Notes: generated from the sequence alone by a model not told the origin. Shown: positions 12,151 to 25,080, numbered from the whole stretch's first letter. The stretch: DNA of 63,726 nucleotides, filler included, from Chiloscyllium plagiosum (GCF_004010195.1; 17 parts of 17 records of this genome joined end to end with filler, not necessarily neighbours in it), one strand, 5' to 3'. Translations and numbers: made by a program.

Positions 12151-12246
12151 GGAAGTGCGAGGTGATGACGTGGCTCTCTCTGCCTGATGCTATTTACATA
12201 CTGAGGAACACCCAGTCAGACTCTCACAGGCTGCAGCTTTATAAAA
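12149..12246 (+). promoter_or_regulatory. V-kappa promoter
   Basis: GAGGAAGTG (ETS/PU.1-like) at 12149, TGACGT (CRE-like) at 12166, octamer variant ATTTACAT at 12192-12199, TTTATAAAA at 12238; the ATG is at 12306. Confidence 0.6.
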
Positions 12247-12305
12247 CAGAGCCCAGTGAAGGGAGAGTTTATCAGGAACCAGGCACAGGGAAAGGAGCAC
12301 ACACC

Positions 12306-12816
12306 ATGATTTCACACATCCAGCTGATCTGGCCCCTGGCATTCTGTGTCGCAGGTACAAATCTCTCTCCTTCCACCTTGAATCTTAAGCTGCTCTCCAT
12401 TTCGCTCCAATTCCACTGACTTACGATTGAAGGGAAAATGCTGAAACCAGAGGAATGTTCAGTGTCTCCAACAATCTCTCATTTGACAGGCTCTTTCTGC
12501 AACAGTTCTGACTTCACTGTGTTTCTCTCCAACCCCTCAGGTATCAGTGGGGACATCACCATGACCCAGTCTCCCCCGGTGCTGTCAGTGGGACTGGGCC
12601 AAACCGCAACAATCACCTGTACGGCCAGTCAAAGCATTAGCAATAATATTGCATGGTACCAGCAGCAGGAAGGTCAGAAAACCTCTCTCCTGATCTATGA
12701 AGCAAAAGATCGATTCACAGGAGTCTCCGATCGATTCACCGGCAGGGGATCAGGGACCAGTTTCACCCTGAAAATCAGCAACATTCAGAATGAGGATGTC
12801 GCTGACTATTACTGTC
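12306..12816 (+). CDS. IGKV: Ig kappa V gene: leader exon 12306-12354 and V exon 12541-12816 (cut by linker after YYC)
   Basis: [17 protein letters not shown]|GT..AG| [30 protein letters not shown]...WYQQ...[11 protein letters not shown] and J are not visible. Confidence 0.93.
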
Positions 12817-12916
12817 NNNNNNNNNNNNNNNNNNNNNNNNNNNNNNNNNNNNNNNNNNNNTTAATTAATTAANNNNNNNNNNNNNNNNNNNNNNNNNNNN
12901 NNNNNNNNNNNNNNNN

Positions 12917-13121
12917 AAGGAGGTGTTGTCACTCTCCGCCATCACCTCGCTGTTCTTGTAGTTACTGGGATTCACCGGCTTGTCATTGTTTGTCCACTTG
13001 ATGAAGATCTCTCGGGGAGAGAAACGTCTCACTAAACAGGTGAGGGAGAGAAACCTCTGAGCGGAGATTTCTTCTGTTGGTGGCAGGAGGACCGACACTG
13101 ATGGCTCCAGCGGATTAATCA
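12917..13121 (-). CDS. IGHM: IgM CH4 exon, 5' part (another cluster)
   Basis: [42 protein letters not shown]...; truncated by linker. Confidence 0.9.
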
Positions 13122-13566
13122 CTGCAGAATATTTGAGACAAATATAAATCAACCAAAAAAATCCTGAACCAATATCACAATTTCACTAAATATTATAATA
13201 CGCCTGTTTAATTGGGATTTATTCACTTTCGATTTCTAAAGGAGCAGAATGGTACGCATACAGTTCAGTAAAAAAAGGGAAGTTTAATGTGAAAGTTGTC
13301 TCCAAGTTTCCAACCCACAACAAGAGCATTCTGTCCATTTGTCATTGCTGATGGTGACGTCACAACCCAGGCTTCTTCCCACCTTATCTGACTTAATCAG
13401 AATACAATATCCTTTGGTCCATCATTTTCTGAATCAGCTACTTAGCTATCAGATGCATCATTAATGCCCCCAACGGTGTTGGTTCATTACCAATCAAAGC
13501 CTGTCATTGATGTTACTGGATCTGGATTACACATGGGATCCTTTGTGCTTTAATCTCACCGCTCAC

Positions 13567-13875
13567 CTTTCTCCTTGTGGATGGAGTCTCTCAGCGGAGT
13601 CGTTAGATTCTGATGGTACACCACACATTCAAAAGTAACGCCAATCAGCCAGGCTTCAGTAGAAATGTCTAATTTGCTGATCACGCTGTCGGGATTCTGT
13701 CCAGGCTGCTCAGCAATCTCTGATTTCAGAGGCGTCTTTTCTTGTTTCCAGGTCACATTGACTCCAGAAGGAAGATTGGACACAATGCAGGTTAATGTCA
13801 CCGTCGCCTCCAGTAAGACTTGTTCTACTGGTGGTGGGAGGATTTTAACGGTGTTAGGATGGCACTCGGTATCTT
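13567..13875 (-). CDS. IGHM: IgM CH3 exon
   Basis: 309 bp, CATAG|AAG acceptor, AAAG|GTGAG donor, open frame with both Cys and the Trp. Confidence 0.93.
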
Positions 13876-14874
13876 CTATGAAACAAAAATCAAAGTCAAT
13901 GAAAAATGCCCCTTTCTGATACAAACAGCCAATCTTCAGATTACTCCTTCACAGGGTGAAGACACCACCTTCAAAATGGCAACTCCAACTATTGCTGAAA
14001 CGATGCTTACTATTGTTGATGTATTTTGATCTGTGAAACATTTGTGATTACCTATAACATACCCTGTGTAATGATTCCGAAAGAACACTGGCTTTGTAAC
14101 AAGTGAAACCTGTGAAAAAAGTAAAATCTTCAAAGATACCATCATGTAACCCATGGAATGACCTTTCTTTCAGAGTTTGTCTCTCACCTAAGACCATCCA
14201 TTGATACTTGTGACAAGAGTAATCTGAATATAATGAGTTCATTTCCATGTTCATAATCTTTAGGTGCAAGTGCTGCTGGTCACACTGACTNNNNNNNNNN
14301 NNNNNNNNNNNNNNNNNNNNNNNNNNNNNNNNNNTTAATTAATTAANNNNNNNNNNNNNNNNNNNNNNNNNNNNNNNNNNNNNNNNNNNNAATATAATCA
14401 ATACGTCCAGCTTCTGCCAGGACGTGGAGCAATGTCCACACCTCAGTCTCATCAATGACTTTGCAAAGTTTGAAGAGTAATTGGTGATACTAGGACAAAC
14501 AATACCTGAAATTCTTCAGATAATTCATCTGGACCGTTTAGTCATTACAAGGTGTTATTCATAAGTGCAACTGTCATTATGGCGTCCAGAGGTTTCTCAA
14601 GATGCAACGAAATATTTGTTTTTAAAAAGTGAAAAGGGCTAGGAGTCAAACAGCAGCATTTTGAAGACTAATTGCAGTTAGATACCATGCAGACGATTAA
14701 AAGCAAAGGTCATATCGACTGGAAGTTGTCGCAAAATACCCACGAAGTTGTGGATCAACTTGAAGGTTTCAACCTTCATGCTGGTGATTGTTGCTTTCAA
14801 CGTTTTGTGATATAATAAATATGAGAGACAGAAGAAAGAACTGAATTTGTCATGATTACTAAAACTTCAGAAGA

Positions 14875-15165
14875 CTCTGAATCCCTCCAGTGTGGAGACG
14901 GATCTTTCAGTCCAGCAAGTCCACACCGACCCTTCAGGGTTACCCACCCAGACCCTAACCTATGCACCGCTGAACACTGTGGGCAATATAGCATGGCCAG
15001 TTCACCTGAGCTGCACATGCTTGTGCTTGGGACAAAACCTGAGCACAAGAAATAAACCTATCCAGACACGCAGAGAATGTGCGAACTCCACACAATCACC
15101 CGAGGTTCGAAGTGAATTTGGGTTTCACTGTGAGGCAGCATTACTAACCACTGCGCCACGGCGTC
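14875..15165 (-). mobile_element. V-SINE (HE1-like), decayed
   Basis: Minus strand GGCGCAGTGGTTAGT...TGTGTGGAGTTCGCACATTCTCTGCGTGTCTG. Confidence 0.7.
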
Positions 15166-15603
15166 ACCCACAATATAGCTGCAAGTAGATAAATAGCTTT
15201 CTGATATTCCTGAGTAATAAGTTCAAGCAAAGTTGAGTAGTCCCCACGTTTCCGGGATAAATCATTTGGTAATGGTTTTCTACCAACCCCAGATCATAAG
15301 AGTTGGATATCCTCTTCCACCATTTCCTTTCTTGTGGAACCATGGATGAGACGCGTGTATTTCGTTGACCTTGAGCGCCATCTGCTGTTCTTGTGGAGAA
15401 AGAAATGTTTTTACTGTTTTCCGTGACAACCGTCATCGACTTTCAGTTGCGAGCTCAACTTTAGTAACCCAATTCCAGTGCATTTATATCTACTTTTTTA
15501 AAATATGTCTATTCTCATTGTAATCGACGCGGCCACTCTGCATAACGTAAACAAAACAGTATCTGATTTTGTTACATACAGCAGTTTCCTGTTGCCTTCA
15601 GGA

Positions 15604-15642
15604 GGCTTTTGTTGAACTGCTCCCTCTCTCTGCGTCACTGTG
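15604..15642 (-). other. 23-bp-spacer RSS of TRBV
   Basis: CACAGTG-23-ACAAAAGCC. Confidence 0.93.
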
Positions 15643-16078
15643 AAGACTCCAGGCGCAGTAATACACGGCTGAATGATTCGCTTGAAGGCTGGAGGACTTC
15701 AGCTTAAACACAGAAGCACTTGGTCGCTCAGCGCTGAAACCGTCCACTGTCCCGTCTGGAATCACATACTGTGTAGTACTGGAGTAAAACAATAGCTGAA
15801 GTTCCTTCCCTGGATATTGTCTATACCAGTACATGTAATCATCACTGGCTACCTCAACCATACACTTCAGTTCCACACTGTCGCTAACAACTTTGGAAAC
15901 ATATGGGGGAGTCTGGTGGACAGTCACTGAGTTCACGTCTGAGGAAGAGATGGAGAGAAAGAATGTCAATCAAGTGTTTGGAGAACGTGAAATAAATTAA
16001 ACAGATAACGTTATGAAAGGAAATAATAAGATATCACTTACATCGAAACAAAATCATGAGACACACTATCAGATGCAT
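15643..16078 (-). CDS. TRBV: T-cell receptor beta V gene: leader exon 16042-16078 and V exon 15643-15938
   Basis: MHLIVCLMILFR T|GTAAG..CAG|AC VNSVTVHQTP...LKC...YMYWYRQYPGKELQLLFYS...FSAERP...AVYYCAWS. These motifs are typical of V-beta; the frame is open. Confidence 0.85.
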
Positions 16079-17359
16079 CTTTTACTTCAAGTTTTCTTGT
16101 CGCCGAAAAAGAGCCAACCGGAGAAAATCCAATCACTTTAAAACGAAAACTTTCAAATGACTTAGAAAATGTAAAGGGATACGGAAGTGATGCAGGTTTG
16201 AACAATGTACCCCTCCCACTTAGTCTGAAAATCCCACCCCTCTCTCTCCATGATTGGCTGAAGGAAAGCAGTTAAGAGCAACAGATGTCAAAGGAGACAG
16301 AGATAATGAATGTTGGTGGACAAAGCAGGGGCAGATAGTTTAACGTGGACATAGAGTCATAGTCAGAGAGATGGAAGCAGATCTTTCGGTCTAACTCGTC
16401 CATACCGACCAGATATCCTAAAATAATCTAGTCCCATTTCCTGGCACTTGTCCCATATCTCTCAGGTTACCGACGATCTGCCAAAGTAAGAGAAGTCAGT
16501 GTAGTACGAACTGTTGAAAAGCGAGCACCTCTGGAGATGTGAATGAATTGCATTGTCTCCCGTCGGAATGCATATGGAATTTATGGATAATTGTAGGATA
16601 CATCATGAAATCTAATCAAACGTTTGCCTCTATTTCAAGAGAACGGGATTCAACATCGAGGAAGTTTTTGTTGAAAACACTGACCAGATTCCGTCTAGAA
16701 AATGTATTTCAGTCCCGGGCACATGCCACAGGGAGGGCGTCTTCGGCTTAGAGGGGGTGCTTAGTGGATTCAGGAGCATGATATGGGGTTTTAAGGATTC
16801 AATATCAGCTCAACACAGACGATTCAAAGCGGGACCTCCCACCCAAAGTGCATTGCTTAACCCGAGATAACATCTCTTGTACGTTAATCAATCCTTTAAT
16901 TATCTAGGGACAAAAAGTTGAAAGGAACCTGGAATTTGTATTTTCATCAGCAGTCTACCTCCTACCTGGTTAAAGATTCAACCAGGGCAGTTAGGTTTAA
17001 AGTTGTAAACATCTTAATTTATAAATACTGTGTCTTATACCTCCCTATCAGACCATGCCTGAGGAAGGTGCGGACCTCCAAAAGCTTGCAATTTTAAATA
17101 AACGTTTTGGACGATAACCAGGTATCATTTGATTTTTGATCTTGTCCACGCGAGTCCAATTCCGGCATCTCCACATCATGAATAATATTTAGGGTGGGAG
17201 CTGGAATAATGAAACTAAGTTAATAATCAGATGGAACCTCATTAGATGGGTGAAGGGGACTCCAGGGTCTCTATGAGGTTTATGATTCCTGTGTTCTTGC
17301 TGTGCAATATGTTCAAAGGACACTCTCGGCTGTGCAATTGCTGAAAAAGAACGCCAGCT

Positions 17360-17717
17360 CCTTGTTTGTTTCTTGCGGTTCTGTTCGCCGAGCTGGGAAT
17401 TTGTATTGCAGATGTTTCGTCCCCTGTCTAGGTGACATCCTCAGTGCTTGGGAGCCTCCTGTGAAGCGCTTCTGTGTTGTTTACTCCGGCATTTATAGTG
17501 GTTTGTCTCTGCCGCTTCCGGCTGTCAGCTCCAGCTGTCCGTTGCAGTAGCCGGCATATTGGGTCCAGGTCGATGTGTTTGTTGACAGAATCTGTGGATG
17601 AGCGCCATGTCTCTAGAAATTCTCTGGCTGTTCTCTGTTGGCTTGTCCTATAAGAGTAGTGCTGTCCCAGTCGAACTCATATCCTATAAGAGTAGTGCTG
17701 TCCCAGTCGAACTCATA
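17360..17717 (-). mobile_element. Penelope-like element 3' end (GIY-YIG C-terminus and terminal region)
   Basis: Minus translation EFDWDSTTLIGQA/QRTAREFLETWRSSTDSVNKHIDLDPI with one frameshift. Confidence 0.75.
17408..17447 (-). ncRNA. Minimal type I hammerhead ribozyme motif
   Basis: GCA-CUGAGGA-U-GUCACCU(AGAC)AGGGGAC-GAAA-CAUC-UGC: core boxes, 6 of 7 pairs in stem II, 3-bp stem I, located in a PLE 3' end. Confidence 0.65.
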
Positions 17718-18199
17718 GAACATAGAACATAGAACAATACAGCANNNNNNNNNNNNNNNNNNNNNNNNNNNNNNNNNNNNNNNNNNNNTTAATTAATTAA
17801 NNNNNNNNNNNNNNNNNNNNNNNNNNNNNNNNNNNNNNNNNNNNTTATCATCAGTCTATTTGAATTGCTGAAGTTTGTGTGGTATTAGCACATTCACAGC
17901 GCTGTTAGGAAGTGAGTCCCATGGCTGTGATTGAGGAAGAGGAAACGGCAGGAAAATAGTTGAGAGTCAAGTTGAAGTCTGATTTCAAGGAAAGCTTTCA
18001 GGAGAAGCATTTACATGCATGTACGCCCTTATCCTCAAGGATCACAGTTTTGGAACATGCTGCCGAAGGGACATGTCAGCATGCAAAATGGAAGTTGAAG
18101 AAGGCACCTTTGGCCCCTCCAGAAGGCTATTCCATTCATGGGATCATCATTAATCTTGCTGCTCACCAGTCTTCCCAACACACCGATAACATTGAACCT

Positions 18200-20320
18200 G
18201 ATAGTTTACTGTTCAACAAAAGAATGGTGAACATTTGGAATTCTCCACCACAGAAATTGATTGAGGACAAAACATTAAATGATTTCAATAAGGAGATAGA
18301 TTCCTTCAATCCTTAAAAAAATGCTACGGATATGTGGGAGAAAGGGAAACAGGCTACAATATTGGTTGAAAGCCATGAAGACATTGAATGGGGCATGGTT
18401 TGTAAGTTTGCACGTAACGCCAACATTGGTGGGATAATTGGCAGTGAAAGTCATCTAAACGTACAATGAAATCTTGATCAGCTGGGCCAATGGGCTGAGG
18501 AGTGGCAGATGGAGTTTAATTTAAATGAATACGACGTGTTGCTTTTTGAGAAGACAAATCACGTCACATCTTAGAGTTAATGGTAGAGCACTGGATAGTG
18601 ATATTAAACACAGGGCCCTGAGGGTCCAGACTCATAGAGTCTTACAGAGTTAATGGGAAGGCACTGGTAGTGATGTTGAAACTGAGTACCCTGAGGGTTC
18701 AGACTCATAGATTCGTGAAAGCGTTGTCTCAAGTAGCTAGTGTATTGAAGCTGTTTGGCATATGTACCTTCATTGGTCAGAGTACTCAGTGCCGGGGTTA
18801 GGGCTTCATGTTGTAACTGTCCAAAACATTGGAATGAATTGCCAGAGGAAGTGGTAAATGCAGAGATAGGTCCAACATTTAGAAGACATTTGAACAGCAA
18901 CAGGAACTGGATAGGTCTGGATGCATATGGGCCAAAGGCAGGCAAGTGGAATTAGTTTAATTTGGGAACTCTGGTCAGCATGGATGAGCTGGACCAAAGG
19001 ATCTGTGCTGTATGACTTTATGACTCACTGACTTTATGGTGAAGTAGGCTCAAAGTTGGGAGGTGGTGAGCAAGTGAGGGGCTAGATTGGGCATGTGGGA
19101 GAGTTTAGCCTGGTAGGTTGTGAGATGTTGGCTGGCTGCTGGGTAAGCTTGCATGCACACTATCTGGCAAGGTGGCATCAAGGTAAATGGTAATGGTCAC
19201 AGGATAATTTTTTCGAATTGTGCTTGGTAGGTGAGCGGTAGTTTGAGCTGAAATGCAGGAGGTCTGTCTTTACCATTCTGGTTTATGGAGAGGTGGCCAG
19301 GATGCCAGGCTGGTTAGTGTAGAGGTGGGCAGAGTGCCAGGATGTTTTGGGGGTGGAAGGTCACTGTAATGAAGTGATAGCTGGATGTGTTGTCAAAATG
19401 CAAAGCTCGTAGTCTGTGAAAATCGTAGGTTGCAAAGCACAGATGCAAAAGGAGCTCGGATGCAATGTGCACAGGTTGACTTGGGTAAGATGAGAGGTCA
19501 CTGATCAAGGGCTGAGGTCATGCCTTTGGTAGTGGGCTATTGTCAGAGGTTGTAAAAATGATGGTGACAGGTCCAGTCAGGGCCAGATTCTCCATGGGCC
19601 AGGTGCAGGGCGGCAGGAGTGTAAATGAGTGAAAGGAATTGAGATCATATGTCCATCTGGAATATAGAACATTGCAGTGCAGTACAGGCCCTTCAGCCCT
19701 CAATGTTGCGCTGACCTACGGATCCAATCTGAAGCCTATCTACCCTACACTATTCCATTTTCATCCATATGTTTATCCAATGCCCTTTTAAATGCCCTTA
19801 AAGTTGGCTAGTGTACTATTGTTGCAGGCAGTGCGTTCCATGCCCCTACTACTCTCTGAGTAAAGAAACAACCTCTGACATCTGTCATCTATATCCTCTC
19901 CTGCCAGCCATCACTACTCAAGGAAAAAGACTTTCACTGTCCACCCTCTGTTTATCTTTCATGCCTCAATTAAGTCACCTCTCAACCTTGTTCTCTCAAA
20001 CAAAAACAGCCTCAAGACCCTCATCCTTTCCTTATTAAACCTTCCCACCATACCAGGCAATATCCTGGTAAACCTCCTCTGAACTCTTCCAAAGCTTCCA
20101 CATTCTTTCTATAATGTGGTGACCAGAACAGTACACAATACTCCCAAGAGTTTTGTACAGCTGCAGCCTAACCTCGTGGTTCTGAAACTTAGTCCCTCTA
20201 TCGATGAAAGCCAACACAAAGTATGCCTTCTTAACAACTCTATCAAACTGGCTGGTAACTTTTAGGGATCTATGTACATGGACACCGAGATCTCTCTGCT
20301 CAGCTACACTACCAAAATGG
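18200..20320. mobile_element. Nested CR1-type LINE 3' fragments (plus strand ~18200-19030, minus strand ~19660-20320)
   Basis: QWAEEWQMEFNL-type RT text, WNELPEEVVNA and MLAFIDRG...LQLYKTL. Confidence 0.7.
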
Positions 20321-21145
20321 ATTGCCTTGGATGTGTTTCGTGTGATAGGGGTTGTGGGTTCCGGGCATGATTGGGTGTATAGCAGGGTAGGGTTTGTCCA
20401 TGTGAGTGGAAATTTAGGTCTGGACAGAGCAAGTGCAGTGGTTAGTCTGAAAGATGAGGTTTGGTGGTGAACTGCGTGTTAGCTTGATAGTTATTAACGC
20501 TAAAGATTACTTTTTCATTTCTCAAATCATATTTATGTGAACACTTATCTGTAATACTCTAAAGTCTCTGAACCTTAATGGTCCTCCATTTTTCAGAGGC
20601 CTCCAGAATTCAGATAATTGTAAATTAGAAGTTTCAACTTCCAGACAATTGGCATGCGTTCAGCCGTGACAGCCATCCTCCCCGTCCCAGTGCTCAGCTC
20701 CTGCCTGTGCTGCTGCTGCAGTGACCTTCCTCCCAGAGAGAACATTCTGCCTTGCATTGATAAGTGAGGAAGGCTCACTGGACCTGATTTCCAAGTATGG
20801 GGACGGCAAACACGAGGGTACACAACTTTAAATTGAGGGGAGATAGGTATAAGACAGATGTCAGAGGTAGTTTCTTTACTCATTGAGTTGTAAGGGTATG
20901 GAATGCTTTGCCTGCAACGGTAGTAGATTCATCAAGTTTAAGTACATTTAAATCGTCATTTGACAGGCATATGGACGTTCATGGAATAGTATAGGTGGGA
21001 TGGGCTTCAGATTTGTATGACAGGACAGCGTAATATCGAGGGCCGAAGGGCCTGTACTGCGCTGTTCTATGTTCTATGATTCACTCTGATTTCTCTGCGG
21101 GGGTACTGCCAGCTGTTAGATTTTTCCAGCAGCACGGCACCGAGT

Positions 21146-21470
21146 GGGGCGGCACCCTGGTTCCGTGGTTAGTGCTGCTGCCTCACAGTGCCAGGGATTC
21201 AGGTTCCATTCTAGCCTCGGGTGACTGTCTGTGTGGAGTTGGCACTTTCTCCCCATGTCTGTGTGCGTTTCCTCCCACAGTCCAAAGATGTGCAAGCGGG
21301 GGGAATTGCAAATATTGTGTTCAGTGATTGGGAGGTTCGGTGCATTAGTCAGGGTTAACTGCAGCATAATAGGGTAGGGGAATGGGTCTGGATGCGTTAC
21401 ATTTCAGAGGGTGGGTGTGGTCCTGTTGGGCCAAATGGCCTGTTTGCACACACTGTAGAATTTCGATGAA
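21146..21470 (+). mobile_element. V-SINE (HE1-like) upstream of CH1
   Basis: tRNA-like head and V-core; same position as the copy at 9525-9846. Confidence 0.8.
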
Positions 21471-21807
21471 TCTGCATTTCGTTGGTTTGTATTTTGTGAA
21501 ACGTCTCTGCTCTTCACATCAATCCAGTGAAAGTGTCAGTTGGTGAGATCTTCAAACAGTTACTGGGGTGGAATCAGGATGTTCTTCTTCCTAAATTATA
21601 TGGCAATGGTCAAGGCCGAGGGCATGTTTCTAAAGAGGGAACCAATGATCATGATCAGCAACTGGTAGGAACCAAAAATAAACTCCAGTTATGCTGTAGG
21701 CTTCAGCGGGAGCATACTGGCAAACGTTTACAGCTGAGGATACATTTGAGTAACGATAAGGTCAAATTAACAGAAACTAACATGCTCAATTGGTCATTCT
21801 ATTGTAG

Positions 21808-21960
21808 AGACACCATCTCCCCCCATGCTTTATGGCCTGGTCTCCTCCTGTCAGGAGCACAACACCGGTTCTGTGATCTTTGGTTGTTTGGCGATGGACT
21901 ATTCCCCTGACGTCACCAAGGTAACCTGGAAGAAAGGTGGGGAGCTAATCACGACTGGAT
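21808..21960 (+). CDS. IGHM: IgM CH1 exon, 5' half
   Basis: TTGTAG| [50 protein letters not shown]; cut by linker. Confidence 0.9.
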
Positions 21961-22601
21961 NNNNNNNNNNNNNNNNNNNNNNNNNNNNNNNNNNNNNNNN
22001 NNNNTTAATTAATTAANNNNNNNNNNNNNNNNNNNNNNNNNNNNNNNNNNNNNNNNNNNNTTTCCTCCCACAGTCCAAAGATGTGCAAGTTGGGGGAATT
22101 GCAAATGTTGTGTTCAGTGATTGGGATTTTAGGTGCATTAGCCAGGGTTAACTGTATCATAATAGGGTAGGGGAATGGGTCTGGATGCGTTACTTTTCAG
22201 AGGGTGGGTGTGGACCTGTTGGGCCAAATGGCCTGTTTGCACACACTGTAGAATTTCGATGAATCTGCATTTCCTTGGTTTGTATTTTGTGAAACGTATC
22301 TGCTCTTCACAACAATCCAGTGAAAGTGTCAGTTGGTGAGATCTTCAAACAGTTACTGGGGTGGGATCAGGATGTTCTTCTTCCTAAATTATATGGTAAT
22401 GGTCAAGGTCGAGGGCATGTTTCTAAAGAGGGAACCAATGATCATGATCAGCAACTGGTAGGAAACAAACATAAACACCAGTTATGCTGTCGACTTCAGC
22501 GGAAGCATACTGGCAAACGTTTACAGCTGAGGATACATTTGAGTAACAGATAAGGTCAAATTAACAGAAACTAACATGCTCAATTGGTCATTCTGTTGTA
22601 G

Positions 22602-22907
22602 AGATACCGTCTCCCCCCACGCTTTATGGCCTGGTCTCCTCCTGTCAGGAGCACAACACCGGTTCTGTGATCTTTGGTTGTTTGGCGATGGACTATTCCC
22701 CTGACGTCACCAAGGTAACCTGGAAGAAAGGTGGGGAGCTAATCACGACTGGATTGAAGACTTACCCATCAGTGAGAAACAAAAAGGGAACCTACACCCT
22801 GAGCAGCCAGTTAACCCTGCCAGAGTCAGCAGTAGATTGCCCCAGCAAAATCTACTGTGAGGTTCAACACAGCGGGTCACACAAGAGCAAAGAAATGCCA
22901 TGTCCAG
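22602..22907 (+). CDS. IGHM: IgM CH1 exon (cluster B)
   Basis: 306 bp, AG/GT intact, open frame ending [10 protein letters not shown]|GTAAG. Confidence 0.93.
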
Positions 22908-22989
22908 GTAAGTGTTGTGGGAACTGAGATAAACAGATCATCTGTGATTAACATGAAGAAGGCATTATTTATAACCGTTTTCACAGAAT

Positions 22990-25080
22990 CACCTTATACA
23001 GCACAGGAAAAAGGCCCTTTGATACATCCAATTCACGCATGTCAATAACAACCACCTAACTATTCCAGTCTCATGTGCCAGCACATGATCCATTGCCTTG
23101 TGTGACTTGCCCTTGCAAAGATACTTCATACTTATTATGAGGGGCTCAGTCTCTACATGACTTATAGGTGCTGAGCTTCAGGCTAATACCACCCTCTGTT
23201 TGATTTTGTTTTCCCCTGAGATCCACTTGGAACCTCCTGGCCTTACCTTCACCCTGTGCCCCTGAGGCATTGATCTCTCCATCAAGGGGAAAGGTTTCAT
23301 CCAGTTTACCCTGTCTATGCCTAAAATAATTCTAGACATCATGATAATCTTCTGCATAATTCTCCTCTGCTCCAAGGAAACCCCCTGTCTATCTAAACTA
23401 GTTTCATAACTAAAACCCTCCAACCCAGGCAAGACCCTGGCAAATCTCATCAATACTGCCTTCAGTGTAATCACATTCCTTCCATAACATGCCCACAACG
23501 CTTCAGTATGGCCTAACCAGTGTTTTATTAAGTTCCAGTATCATCTCACCACTCTTCATTGTCAATGTCTAGGCTAATAAAAGCAAATATCCTCCCACTT
23601 TCTTAGCCTCTTTATTCAGACGACACAGTACTTTCGGGGATCGATGGGTATATGCACCAAAGATCCTCAGGCCTTTCCAGGGTTCCACCATTCAAAACGT
23701 CATACCTCACAGATTTTTCTGCCGAATTACATCACCTTACATTTATTCAGAATAATATCCATTTGCAACTTTTCTCTTCACATACAACCAACCCTTTTAT
23801 ATCCTCCTGCAATCTAAAGCCATTATGGTCATGACTTACCAACATGACAGTTTTCATTTCATCTGTGAATTCACTGTTAATCCTCCTAAATTTGAGTCTC
23901 AATCATTGGTATGTAAGAGAAATAGCACGGAAATCAACACTAATCCCTACAGAACACCAGGAGACATAGATTTCCAGTCACGCAGACACCCGATGACTAT
24001 TATCGCCAGCTCCCACCACTCAGCCAGTTCTAGATCCAATCTGTCAAATTAACTCGGATCCCATTGGCTCTGTTTATTGCTATCATCTGGACATCAAGTT
24101 ATCTCTATGAAAACTACTATCAAATTGTTACACATGACTTCCTCTCAATAAAACCATGCTGAAAATTGTTCCCTTCCTTCGTTCTGCATAACAGTGCAAC
24201 GTTGGCTGATCTACACTCACTTGGCACAACTGCTGTGGCCAGACAGGAATTCTAAATTATTGTCAGCGACCCAACTATTTCATCCTTTGCATCGCTCAAC
24301 CGTTTGGTATACTTTTCATCTGCCCTGGAAATATAACCACTTTTCATTCAGCAAGACAACACAGAACACTAATTTCTGAAAGTACATCACAATACCCCTC
24401 CATGATTTCTGTCCCCACATTGTCCCTCTTACTGGTGAACACTGACACAACACATTCGTTTTGACCACAACCTAATCCTCCGGCTCCACTCCAATAATAA
24501 CACATAATGGGCATTACTGTTTCCCGAATAATTCTTTTATTATGAATGAGCCTGTAACTTTTGAAAATATTTTCCTTTATTTTGACTGCTATTATTTTTT
24601 CGTGGTGCCTTTTGCTCTTCTAATTCCTTTGTCTTTCAAACTCCCCCTTGCACGTTCTGTACTCCATATTAGTTTCTATTGTTTTGAGATTTCAGTATAG
24701 ACCAGAAGCCTCCCTTGTTTCTCTTTATCTCCCCCTCCATGACCTTTGGTGTCCAGAGCCCGCTGCATTCTTGGTCCCACGCAGTGGCTTCCTGGGAAAT
24801 GCCCTCCCTGTGATTTTCCTATCTCTTTCTTAAATGTGTCACACTGCTCTGACTCAGATTTACCAATAAGTGTCAGCTTCCAGTCCACTCTGGTCAAGTC
24901 ATTACCTGATCTTACTAAAATTGTCCTTCCCCTTTTCAGAACTTTGGGCCAATTTCTATTCCTTTGCAGTACAATCTGAAATCCAACTGATTTACCATCA
25001 CTGTCTGCAAAGTGCTCCACCATTGATGTTTTACCCACTGGGTCGACTTCATTCCCTAAAGTTAAGTTCAGGTTCACCCC
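22990..25080 (-). mobile_element. Decayed CR1 LINE fragments, paralogous to 6370-8690
   Basis: Near-identical reverse complement of the cluster A intron. Confidence 0.75.

Noticed and set aside
12790-12816. A second germline-joined V-kappa
   Set aside because: The contig ends one base after YYC, so neither RSS nor J can be seen.
17646-17717. Perfect 36-bp tandem duplication
   Set aside because: It lies at a contig end next to a (CATAGAA)n LINE tail and cannot be distinguished from an artefact.
21268-22755. Tandem duplication of CH1
   Set aside because: The two similar copies are separated by a linker; they are paralogs or alleles from different contigs.
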